From Haliotis rufescens (taxonomy: Eukaryota), in NCBI RefSeq assembly GCF_023055435.1, contig NW_025963802.1, positions 26,784,001 to 26,848,000 on the forward strand: 64,000 nt of DNA. The letters are read 5' to 3'. A program made the position numbers and the translations under genes. The notes under the pieces are model-generated. The model was not told where the DNA came from, ran no database searches, and saw nothing but the letters and a program-made list of their open reading frames with translations. Positions 20,500 to 33,300 of this stretch are shown here, piece after piece; position 1 is the stretch's first letter, and each line of letters opens with the position of its first letter.

Positions 20500-22400
20500 T
20501 TTAGTAAGTTAAATTTATGTAATGTTAGATATAAGTAGTATTTTGGGATATATACGAGTAAACACTCCTGAGATTGCCATAGAACAGGAGTACAAGATGG
20601 TATTCATCCTTTATGTATCTGTGTTTGCATACATGACATAGTCTATCTGATTTTACTTCTTTAACATATCTACCAGTTTCAATTCCGAGCTGGTGTGAAG
20701 AACATCTAAGTTGAACTAATGCAGCACGGAATTTTGAAATGGAAATTTCTTTAATATAGAATTCAAGGCCAAAGGATATTTTGAAAGAAGCGTAGATTAC
20801 CAATTTAGAAAAGGAAAAAGTGCTGCATGCCAATCTTGCTCGTAGGATGATTTCAGTCTATATAAAAACTCAGATATAAAACTAGAAACATTATATACAC
20901 GTTCTTGTTACCAGACATATCCGAAACCAAACATGTATAAAATATCTTTATTTTTTGAAGCCCGGGTAGTCTTTCCATTCACACAATCTAAAACTAGTAG
21001 AAATATTTCTACACATATCTGGTGTCAGGCATATTCATAACACCCGTATTTGACAACCCTTTTATATGTGAATATATACATAGGATATCGTCAACGTCCA
21101 CCGCTAACTACAGGACGATTTTTTTACGCATAAAAGCGTTTACAAGCAAGGATGTAAATTGTTTCGATTTCTTTGTGAGTATCCAGTCCCCATATTGCTG
21201 AACCATAAAGTAAGATAGGACTAATCCTGGTATCAACAATTTTAAAACATAGATCATTTGGCAGTGGCTTAATCATATACAAGGATTTGAATACACGACA
21301 AATAATCTTCTTCGCTTGTATAGCAGCATTACCAACACGTTGAGACCGTGATAAAAATCTTGCGAAAAAAACACCCAAATATTTCTAGAATGAAATAGTG
21401 CCATACAAATACCATTTTTTATGTTTGGATAGTATACCACCATTTTTAAAAACAACAATTTTCGTTTTTTTCTAAGTTCACAGATTTCTGGTGACTTTCA
21501 TAGAAACATTCCAAAATGTTTTTGTAAACCATATACAGAATCTGCAAGTAGCACTTCGTCATCTGCAAATAATAATAGAAATAGTTGTATAATATCCAGA
21601 TGCATCTGTATCCCATGTTCAAAGTTTGATCCGATTTCTAAAGCTGACTCATTAATAAACACACACCCTTGTCTTTCACCAAATGGACAATCAAAATCTT
21701 GTATTCGCGTACTCGGCCCTTTACACACATGTAGATGGATGTGACAGCATTAAGTATTTTCGGCGAAATGCCTCTTACATTTCAGTACAAACCATAGCTC
21801 TGTCAACAAGATCAAAAGCCTTTTTGAAATCAACGAATATGCCATAAAGCTCACCTTTCTTTCTTGAAAATAACGCTGAATAATAGCTCGGAGGATGAAC
21901 ATGTTATCAACAGTGCTATACCCTTGCCTAAAACCTGCTTGTGACGCCATAATTGTGTCATAAGAATCAACCCAGAATGTTAATATGTTATTGAATATAG
22001 ATGCATACAATTTGCTAAATGTGCTGAGAAGAGATATTCCTCTATAGTTAGGCTCTTTAGAATCACCTTACTTATACACGGGTACATTCACTGCCGTATT
22101 CCAGCTGTCTGGAAAAATAGATGAGTCAAACAATATGTTAAACAACAGTTTAATAGTATGGCAACACTACATCCATTGAGCGCTTGAAGAATTCAGGTAG
22201 TAAATTATCTTCACCAGATGACTTGGAAGTTTTTAATAACAATGCTAATTTCATTTCATCAAAGGCAAAGTCACAGTTATAATCTAACTGCCAACATGAT
22301 TCATCATCATTACGCTCGCCTTTAAATAATGCAGTAAATGAGAAAACCATTCATCCATGGATACCGATGCTTGGTTAACATATAAATCATAGTTTATTAT
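20500..22400 (-). mobile_element. Decayed non-LTR retrotransposon (RT and C-terminal region)
   Basis: QAGFRQGYSTVDNMFIL, LLLFADD, PILLYGSAIWG and LRCSSHQLGIETGRY fragments with many frameshifts. Confidence 0.85.
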
Positions 22401-22459
22401 AATATAAGCTGTGTTTTTCTCATATTTATTATTATCCCAATCAATTACGATAAGATATA

Positions 22460-23173
22460 TAGAGGTTATCACGCGAGTGTGTTTTGGGATGGTAAATATC
22501 CTGCATTAGAAATAAACATTGTATTTAGCGAGCCTTGGCGAGCTAAATACATAGTGTTAATTCCTAATACAGGATATTTACCAGGATATATATCCCCAAA
22601 CACACAAGCGTAATAACCTCTTTATCATATAATGTCATTCTTTAATTCTGTGGTTTAAAATCGCTTTCGCTCTCTCACAAACATTACCGAACATTGCGAG
22701 TTTTCCTGGAATGCGCGCATTAATATTTATTACGTCAGAGGGTAAGTGATGTGTCAGTCGGACAGTGACAGTAGCAAATATAGTTCCAACTGAAATCTGT
22801 TTCTTATACAGTGGCGAAGCAACATATACACAAAACAACCGTTGTTTTTAATTGCCTTTCGCGGCAGTCCATCGGTCTGTCCGCTAGAGTAACTGCCCTT
22901 TGTCAAAGGGAAGCTACTCAACCCTAGTCTATGAGACGTCACGGCCACGGTCAGACGTTGTTGACAGTCCCTGTAGTTTATCCAGATTCCCGATGGTTAA
23001 TTCTGACTCGATCGCCGAATGACGAGGGCGACGCCATGTTTGTTTATAAACAGTGAAAGTAGTCCTACTTGACCTTTGATATTTGCATCTCTATCCGCAT
23101 ATGACCCCAACGGATATCGTTTTTATCCGTTGGCTTTATCCTGCCGAGAAACCTGCCCATTATATGATAAAAG
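22460..23173. mobile_element. Palindrome-bearing non-autonomous DNA element (Crypton/MITE-like)
   Basis: ~160-bp imperfect palindrome 22460-22622; short inverted repeats TTTATCATATAATG (~22621) and CATTATATGATAAA (23158). Confidence 0.5.
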
Positions 23174-26100
23174 CAATGCTTTACGCGCTATTTTAAGTAT
23201 TCGTACATAGCTATACGTATCCAATGCTGAAATCAAATGTTGAACATGACTGCTGTACTATACATCCAGGAGTACATTAAAGTATATCTAACACAGTAAG
23301 CCGCATATTCGTCATTGTTTTACCAAGAGTTATAATTGGATTTACTTCCTCAAATATGAATGTGTAATCTGAACGATTTAACTGGACCTGCATTGGACTC
23401 CCAACAATCTGAGAACTATAATCGTTTTATCAACCATCTGACCAGGGCATGTTGTAAAGGTTATTACATACCCAAACATGTCGTACGATTTGGATAAACA
23501 AAAGTGCAACTTGTGGCGGCAGGCTGTATTTGTATTCCCACGTGTGTCCCGTCCGTTATATAGGGGGCTACAACTGGAGGGTGTCGTCGGTGTCGGTTTG
23601 TTCATCGCTATATTTAATAACTTAAATGGATGCTTGTGTAATCATCCCCATGGTAACGAAGGACAACAGTCATGTCGGGTTTTCTGTTTGTTGATCAAAC
23701 GGTCGGTCCAATGAACTATAACTGAACGTCATCAGGTTGTATTGATCAGAAGTCTAGTTAATTAAGTGTACAAACTTCGATCTTCCCAGTCAGTGACTGG
23801 GAGGCCAGCACGTGTCAGTCACCATCAAACACCAAACACAAACTAGTCATCTAACGAACCAATTCCGTAAATACTCTTTGAGATTACATTTGCCAGACGT
23901 GTGCTTACACAGCTTTGAGGTGGAATGTTATTGCCAAGGCGAATGTATTTCGCTTGATTAGATGAAATACATTTTAGTACATGTTCTTTCAACGACACAG
24001 TTGAATCGTGTTCGCGGACCATAAAGCGAACAAGGAACACATGGGCTTTATAACTTGAACTTTCCTAGATAGCTCGCATGGCTTTTTGAAGTCTGTGATT
24101 AACATGCTGTGATGCTGTGATTAACACAAGGATGTATGTTCAGTAAACGAAGGCCCAAAAGCAAAAACTTGGGACAGGACGCGTTTCACGTGCAAAGGAA
24201 GAGTTCGGGGGTTGAGGTGGCGTGGTGAACGTAGTGTTCATCCACTACGTGTATGTTTCGTCTGGTGCGGTGAGGTGCACGTGATATGGGTATTAACGTA
24301 ACGTGGCGTTCAAGATTATTGCACTTATATAATGTGTGTATGTGCGCGTGCATGCGTGCGTATGTGTGATGGATTTTTCATAGAAATCGTCTTTGGAAGT
24401 AATAGAAGTGTGAGACCCTAGACAGGGAAACTCTCCCACCTGTACTGTTGTGATCGTCTGCGCAGATTAAGCACACGCGAGTGTTCAGTTGCCATTTGAA
24501 TATTTGAAAAACTGATCAGGCAAAAAACGCAGTCGCTAAGGAAATGTGTGGGGAGGTCTTCATTTTGAAGATATGCATAGAATGTCCATGTATACGATAC
24601 GTAGTTTAACATCCGTAAAGAAAAGAAACAAACGAAGCAACAGGATAAGTGGGGGGCAACTGGAATGCCAGGCCATGAAATAGATACACCTTTCCATGTT
24701 CAATACTGTCACCTTCCTCCCAGTGTCAGATGTCACTGCAAATATAAATAGACCATACCCGTTTCAAAAAGTAGTCCAGACTCCCAAAACTCCAAACGCG
24801 CATCCTCCACACCACTATCTACATATCCTACCTAGTTCAACTCACTGGGAACATCCTCTACAGCCTGGCCTAGATGTATAATGTAGTTCGATACAATAAT
24901 AGGTTAAAAAGATTGATGATATTCCTTCGCCAACTGGTGGTTGTTTTTTTCGAGTGATGCCAGTTGATAGCTGCCTCGCACGGTACTCCCAGATTGATAT
25001 TCATTGATTTTAACTGCATGCTTTCCACTATGCAATATAAAGTGCTGTATGGCAGACTACGCGTGCATACGTTTGTTAGTTGTTTGATGTTTATCTTAAA
25101 AAACATCCCCATGTGGTCTAGCGTCACTTTGTTGTTTACACTAGTTTGACATTTCCCTCACAAGTTGTTCAGGTGTGGTACGTGGCGAGTCTTTATTCTC
25201 TCCGTCCACCATCTGTGCGTCATGCGGCAGACACAGGTCAGTGCCTTCTTATCATACACACATTGTTTGCACAACAATTGCTAATTATATTTACTTTCTG
25301 ATTATCAAATAATCATCCAAATTTTACAACCAGTTTCACAACTTACCTGTACCTCCAGATGTTGCAGTTCCATAAATGTGGCGATGTTGAGGTTTTGTTA
25401 GGACGAAAGCCGACGATTTGCATGTGTTATGTGTTTCTTTACAATAAAAAGTATATTCGTAAAACAAAATTAATGAATTGTTAAACCTGACCTCAGTGGG
25501 CGGAGGCTGAGGTGGGTTTTAATCATAAAAGAGAGCTGAGAATTTTCCAGTCACATTTCAAATTATATATTTGGAGGGAATTTTTAATTTTTCTCACTGT
25601 CTGCATAAACATAATTTAACAGTTCAGACGTAGGTGATTTTATAACAATCCACGGATTGTTGCGTAAAAAGTAATTGATTGACTTATGGCCCTATTTAGG
25701 AGTTTTATGGCATCGCCCGCCCCCAGGTCCAGTTATCAAAACAAACAGCAAATAACACTGCTTATTAGCGCTGAGTAGTGTACTTCCTCAAAAATAATAG
25801 TGTTTTCCTAAAAACAACACTTAGGTTATATCAATGTTTATTCTGTTTGCGGAGTAGATGTCATCAAACTGGAAGTCCTCACCCCAGCAATGGTATCACT
25901 TCCGGATGTCCATTATGTAATGTCTAGTGGTTGAACTGTTCTCAATAGTTGTTTCGTTCTATACTCAAGTTGGTGTTTCCGCTATTCTAAGTGTGCAGTT
26001 AGGCCGTCTTATCCACAGTCATTTCTGAGACATAAATGCAAAGTTTAATTAATTAAGTCCACTCTCATTTCTTTGCATTTATAATTAACTATAACATTAA

Positions 26101-26539
26101 TTTAAGATTTACAGTATATACTATTTAAAAGAAGTTAAGGAACACCCGATTCTTTCATATGACTATGGTAAGGCATGAGAGAAAGCGATAGGGCGAGAAA
26201 GCGATATTTCCAAACATTAGAAGGTTTTTGCTGATTTTCAGTGATCCATTCTTATAATTCTCACCGCTATTTTGCCCTTATAATTAGATTTTTTCAACAT
26301 CTTGTAAATAAATATGTTACATATACATTCATATTTCTATATCATTTAGTTTTTTTTAAACAATATTTATTTCCACTTGGTACAGTGAAAGGGGATTGAT
26401 AAACAGGCAGAGCCTATATAAATATCTCTCCCCAACACAATGCAAACAAGCAGCAGTAGTATGATTATACAGTACCATAGACCTGGTATGAAGTCATATG
26501 TGGTACATCAAGGGTTAACAGTTGTTAGGGAGATTTATA

Positions 26540-27960
26540 TAAGAGTGCATGTTTAGACACATCTTTTGCTCATAGAGAAGAAATGATGTACAGAGTCAGT
26601 ATTCAGCAGGATTTCTTTGTCTAGGCTGACGTTACCAAACAGGACGGTTCGTAGGTCATATCCATTAACATAACAATAGCTTTCAGATCTAATCTCAGTA
26701 TAATTTGGGCAAGTAAATAGGTAGTGTAAAGCACTTTCGTTGAAAAAACACATGAACATTCAGCATTATCGCTAACATATCTTTCAAAGTTGTGACCGTT
26801 CAGATCACTACATCCTAGTCTTAACTTAAAGTGGATTATCTGATTTGCGCGTGAACCAATATTTTTAAATATGCCAGGCACTTCTGATTTAATACACTTA
26901 TACATTTTTTTAAAAACTGAGATAATGAAGCGACTTCTCTCAAAATAGAATCTAGTACATTCCAGGCGGAGACTGTGGAAGGTAAAAATGACTTTTTAAA
27001 AATAATTCAGTTCGTTTATGTTACGTGTTTCATAATGTGGGCGATCCAAGGTTTTATCACATAAATAATTTTGCGCTGTCCCACTTTTCATTTTATAAAA
27101 AAATGCATAATTTGTGAAAATGTCGTCTCTCAGCCAAGGAGGATAGACCGGTTTCGTTATATAATTTTGTATGGCTTGTGACCCTTGGTGCAATTATTGC
27201 TACAATTATTGCTGTGACCCTTGGTGCAATTATTGCTTATATGGTCACAGTAATCAAACAAGGGTAATATGAATGAACAATAGAGCGTATGTAGACTGTG
27301 TCTGTTCAAACGATATTTCAGACTACGAAAGAAATTTACCAATGGGCTAACCTTGGAAGTTAGATTTTCAATATGGCTATGCCAATGTCCATGACTCTGT
27401 AAAGTTAGCCCGAAATGATTGTGGCTATTAACATTCTTATTTTTACATCATTCATGAACAGATCAGGCAGGACAGTGACGTTACGTTTTCTTGAAAATTG
27501 AATTGCTTCTGTTTTATCGGGATTAAATTTTACTTTTCAAGTTTTAGCCCATTGAGAAATACGTTCCAAATCATGATTAACTGAAATACTTGTTGATAAT
27601 GGATCATCAATAATGACATATAGCGAATTATCATCAGCAAACAATTTTACATTACATTGGATGTCACAGACGATATCATTAATGAATACTAAAACTAAAA
27701 ATAATAAGTGCCCAAACACTGAACCTTGAGGATCACCGGCAAGTACAGGTTTAACATTCGATTTGTGTCAATTAATAACTGTATGTTGCTTTCTACCAGT
27801 TAAGTTACCTTAGAACAATCTTCAAGAGAGTCCCTTTTATCCCGCACTTGCTTAATTTATGTAACAAACCTTTGTGCCAAACACGATCGAAAGCGTTACT
27901 AATGTCACAGAATATTGCCATATTTCCTTTCTATGATCTAAGGCATTACCTATGAAATCA
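26540..27960 (-). mobile_element. Decayed CR1/L2-like LINE
   Basis: FDRVWHKGLL, PQGS..GHLLFLV..FIND, VKLFADD, LPLFDYCD and LRLGCSDLN fragments. Confidence 0.85.
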
Positions 27961-30311
27961 TCACTTGTAGTTTGTATATACGCCTGCGTTTATTTTCTTG
28001 TAGTGTAGTAAATAAGCAAGATTCACAGACTACTACAGAATAGTCGCAATTCATATTTTTATTTTGTTCATAAAACCACCCCATGCTTCCATCAATCTTA
28101 AAACTGAAACTTTAAAGGCTAAATTGAACTGAAATAATTAATGATTTACATATAGATCATATATTGACAAATAATTGTCAGTATTATCAGCCACTGTTTG
28201 TATTGTTTGCAATGACCAAAGAATTATTTTGTCAGTCAACAGATTTGGAGTTTAAGCCGAATATGTGCTCGTCCGATTGCGGGATGACAATTACAAAATA
28301 CAGATTGATTAGATATATGTTTCCACCCTAAGTCACACATACGACATTTGAGAGCGTCATTAACACTTAACCTTATTCCTTGGAAAATAGAAATGAAATG
28401 CGTTGTAAATATTATTTAAAAACAACTCGTTTCTTATAATTCCTTTCGATTAATCTGTCCCCGGGAATTAAATTTAATGCTGAAGTGCTTGTAAAATAGA
28501 GTTTAACTTTCCCGCCAGGGGAGACTAGATATCCAATTATAGTATAGGCTCAAGCAGTAATATACATATTTATGCAACAATTCTCTCTGTGTTAAACTGT
28601 ATATATAGTTAACAATTGTGCGTTCTGATGTGTGTTGTAGTTATCTACCACATATATACTCAGACAATGAGTCAGACACACACACAAACACACACACATA
28701 CATAATTTTGACAGAACTATACTTAAGATATACATAAAATATGAGAATGATTGCCGAATTAACGTTTGTTATAGATAATCATAGTAATGGACTTCATATT
28801 GTATTGTTTGATAGGCATTATTTAGAAGCTGACGGATGGCAAAGTAAACACAATATATGGATAACAACTTCTTTGATACTGTATAGGCGACGTTTCGGTA
28901 TAGATCCTTGTACCGTTGTCAAGCAAGGAGGTGAAATAATACTGCTTAATTACTGCTGGAATATATGGACCGATGGAGTATGCCTTGTATCTTTATGTGA
29001 ACAAAAATAATTTCATGGATCATTATATGTTAGTTGATATCCAAGTAGAACATTTCTGCTGGTGATATTTACTTTAGCTTGAGCACCTGTGTCTGGTCAA
29101 CGTTCCAGTGATGTCCAGATCATTTTACTTTGCTTCAATCCCCAAATAAGTGTTGCGTCGTTTCTAAACTGAACGGCAAAAGAAACCTTGCACCAGATTC
29201 AAGTGATTGTAATTAATAAACTAAAAATAACAAAAGTTTGAGGTAAAGTTTATTAAAAAACCAGCAAGTCCACAAAGTGCTGAACAACTCAATCTGGACT
29301 TTTTGTTGTTAGATATTTACACCAGTCAAACAACAACCGTGGGAGTTGAAAATTCTGTTGTCCAGATTTTCACTGCAACTCATTCAAACACGGAAAGTGG
29401 TCACAGACACAAAATTTGTCACTTTAGTGCCGAATGTGTCCACTGCGTGTCTGCTAGCTGTATTCAGACAGATAAACCCATCTATATAGCCACAAACACA
29501 AGTGAACCATCCAGCAAATTCATCTGGTTCAAACGCCAGCGCAGCCTAATAAACTCTATCATAAGAAGAATGGCTCAAAATGCTGCTTTCGAAAACAGGA
29601 AATTCAAGAAAACAGGATATTTAACCTAAATGTTTACATAAGTGCAGGTACCCCATGTGCAAAGAAATCATATTAGAATAACATTGTTCTTGGACCTTAT
29701 TTTATCCAGTTTGCATTTTCGTCGCCGCCTTGATGATCCACGTATGGCTGACCCTGTTTGTGGAGGGTCACGCTGGGTATGAGTAGTAAGCAATAAGCCG
29801 GATCATTCATGACCGTTGTGTTATGTGTGAATGCGCCACTGCGCCCATTGGTATAGACCAAATATGCATGGATTCGATGCTAAAATGATGCGGTTTTAGG
29901 ATGTGTAAGAAACAGATGACTACACTCGTGCCTGTCAGATATACCACTCCCCCTTTCCCCCGTTAGATACGTTTTGAAGCAACTCGTTGTAAGATAAATG
30001 GTATCTAATAGACACTCGTGTAGTAATCTCTGTTTTGACGATGTGGTATTGCAAACAAACGACAGAAACATCACAGCAATTGGTGAAGCCGCCACATTGT
30101 TGGTGGTTTGTTAAAAGTTGCGTAAAACCATCACTAAATATAGCCGATTTTATGAATCTACCACGATTGCAATTCCGACATATTGACGTTCCATTATTTT
30201 CAGGATGGTAATGTGTAGTTTTAGTAAACGCGAATTAACGTTGCAACACAGATCTAAGAAAACCTCCAAACAATTTGTATATTTTCAACGAACCGTTCCT
30301 TGTGCTAGGTG

Positions 30312-33300
30312 ATGCAGTGGACTCTCTACATCCTGATGTCTCTAGCAAGTGGTAAGTATTTTACACCTAACATGCCCGTGTCAAGGATGTATTCATCAAT
30401 CAATGGTACGTTTATGTTATGGGTTTATGTTGCGTCTCAAGACACAGCTCACCGTCTAGTATCAACATGGGTTTATGTTGCGTCTCAAGACACAGCTCAC
30501 CATCTAGTATCAATATGGGTTTATGTTGCGTCTCAAGACACAGCGCACCATCTAGTATCAATATGGGAGTATGTTGCGTCTCAGTACACAGCGCACCATC
30601 TAGTATCAATATGGGTGTATGTTTTGTCCAAGTACACAGCTCACCATCTAGTATCAATATGGGTTTATGTTGCGTCTCAAGACACAGCGCACCATCTAGT
30701 ATCAATATGGGTTTATGTTGTGTCTCAGTACACTGCTCACCATCTTGTATCAATATGGGTTTATGTTGCGTCTCAAGACACAGCTCACCATCTAGTAACA
30801 ATATGGGTTTATGTTGCGTCTCAGTACACAGCGCACCATCTAGTATCAATATGGGTTTATGTTGCGTCTCAAGACACAGCGCACCGTCTAGTATCAATAT
30901 GGGTTTATGTTGTGTCTCAGTACACTGCTCACCATCTTGTATCAATATGGGTTTATGTTGCGTCTCAAGACACAGCGCACCATCTAGTAACAATATGGGT
31001 TTATGTTGTGTCTCAGTACACAGCGCACCATCTAGCATCAATATGGGTTTATGTTGCGTCTCAAGACACAGCGCACCATCTTGTATCAATATGGGTGTAT
31101 GTTTTGTCCAAGTACACAGCGCACCATCTTGTATCAACATGGGTTTATGTTGCGTCTCAAGACACAGCGCACCATCTAGTATCAATATGGGTTTATGTTG
31201 CGTCTCAAGACACAGCGCACCATCTAGTATCAATATGGGTTTATGTTGCGTCTCAGTACACAGCTCACCATCTAGTATCAATATGGGTTTATGTTGCGTC
31301 TCAGTACACAGCTCACCATCTAGTATCAATATGGGTTGATGTTGCGTCTCAAGACACAGCGCACCATCTAGTATCAATATGGGTTTATGTTGTGTCTCAG
31401 TACACTGCTCACCATCTTGTATCCATATGGGTTTATGTTGCGTCTCAAGACGCATCGCACCATCTAGTAACAATATGGGTTTATGTTGTGTCTCAGTACA
31501 CAGCGCACCATCTAGCATCAATATGGGTTTATGTTGCGTCTCAAGACACAGCTCACCATCTTGTATCAATATGGGTTTATGTTGCGTCTCAGTACACAGC
31601 GCACCATCTAGTATCAATATGGGTTTATGTTGCGTCTCAAGACACAGCGCACCATCTAGTATCAATATGGGTGTATGTTTTGTCCAAGTACACAGCTCAC
31701 TATCTAGTATCAATATGGGTTTATGTTGCGTCTCAGTACACAGCTCACCATCTAGTATCAATATGGGTGTTTGTTTTGTCCAAGTACACAGCTCACCATC
31801 TAGTATCAATATGGGTGTATGTTTTGTTCAAGTACACAGCTCACCATTTAGTATCAATATGGCTTTATGTTGTGTCTCAAGACGCATCGCACCATCTAGT
31901 AACAATATGGGTTTATGTTGTGTCTCAGTACACAGCGCACCATCTAGCATCAATATGGGTTTATGTTGCGTCTCAAGACACAGCGCACCATCTTGTATCA
32001 ATATGGGTTTATGTTGCGTCTCAGTACACAGCGCACCATCTAGTATCAATATGGGTTTATGTTGTGTCTCAGTACACAGCTCACCATCTTGTATCAATAT
32101 GGGTTGATGTTGCGTCTCAAGACACAGCTCACCATCTTGTAACAATATGGGTTTATGTTGCGTCTCAGTACACAGCGCACCATCTAGTATCAATATGGGT
32201 TTATGTTGCGTCTCAAGACACAGCGCACCATCTTGTATCAATATGGGTGTATGTTTTGTCCAAGTACACAGCTCACTATCTAGTATCAATATTGGTTTAT
32301 GTTGCGTCTCAGTACACAGTTCACCATCTAGTATCAATATGGGTGTTTGTTTTGTCCAAGTACACAGCTCACCATCTAGTATCAATATGGGTGTATGTTT
32401 TGTTCAAGTACACAGCTCACCATTTAGTATCAATATGGCTTTATGTTGTGTCTCAGCACACAGCTCACCATCTAGTATCAATATGGGTTTATGTTGCGTC
32501 TTAGTACACAGCTCACCATCTAGTATCAATATGGTGTTTATGTTTTGTCCAAGAACACAGCTCACCATCTAGTATCAATATGGGTTTATGTTGCGTCTCA
32601 GTACACTGCTCACCATCTTGTATCAATATAGGTGTATGTTTTGTCCAAGAACACAGCTCACCATCTAGTATCAATATGGGTGTATGTTTTGTCCAAGTAC
32701 ACAGCTCACCATTTAGTATCAATATGGGTTTATGTTGCGTCTCAGTACACAGCTCACCATCTAGTTACAATATGGGTGTATGTTTTGTCCAAGTACACAT
32801 CTCATCATTAAGTATCAATATGGGTTTTGTTGCGTCGAAGTTCGCTGCTCACAATCTAGTATCAATATGGGTTTATGTTGCGTCGAAGTACACTGCTCAC
32901 GATTTAGTATCAATATGGGTTTATGTTGTGTCTCAGTACACAGCTCACCATCTAGTATCAATATGGGTTTATGTTGCGTCTCAAGAGACAGCGCACCATC
33001 TAGTATCAATATGGGTTTATGTTGCGTCTCAGTACACAGATCACAATCTAGTATCAATATGGGTTTATGTTGCGTCTCACTACACAGCTCACCATCTAGT
33101 AACAATATGGGTGTATGTTTTGTTCAAGTACACAGCTCACCATCTAGTAACAATATGGGTTATGTTGCGTCGAAGTTCGCTGCTCACAATCTAGTATCAA
33201 TATGGGTTTATGTTGCGTCGAAGTACGCTGCTCACCATCTAGTATCAATATGGGTTTATGTTGCGTCCAAGTACACTGCTCACCATCTAGTATCAATATG

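Noticed and set aside
30309-32504. 731-aa ORF and overlapping long ORFs
   Set aside because: Read-through of a 48-bp intronic minisatellite; only 30312-30351 is exon, followed by GTAAGT
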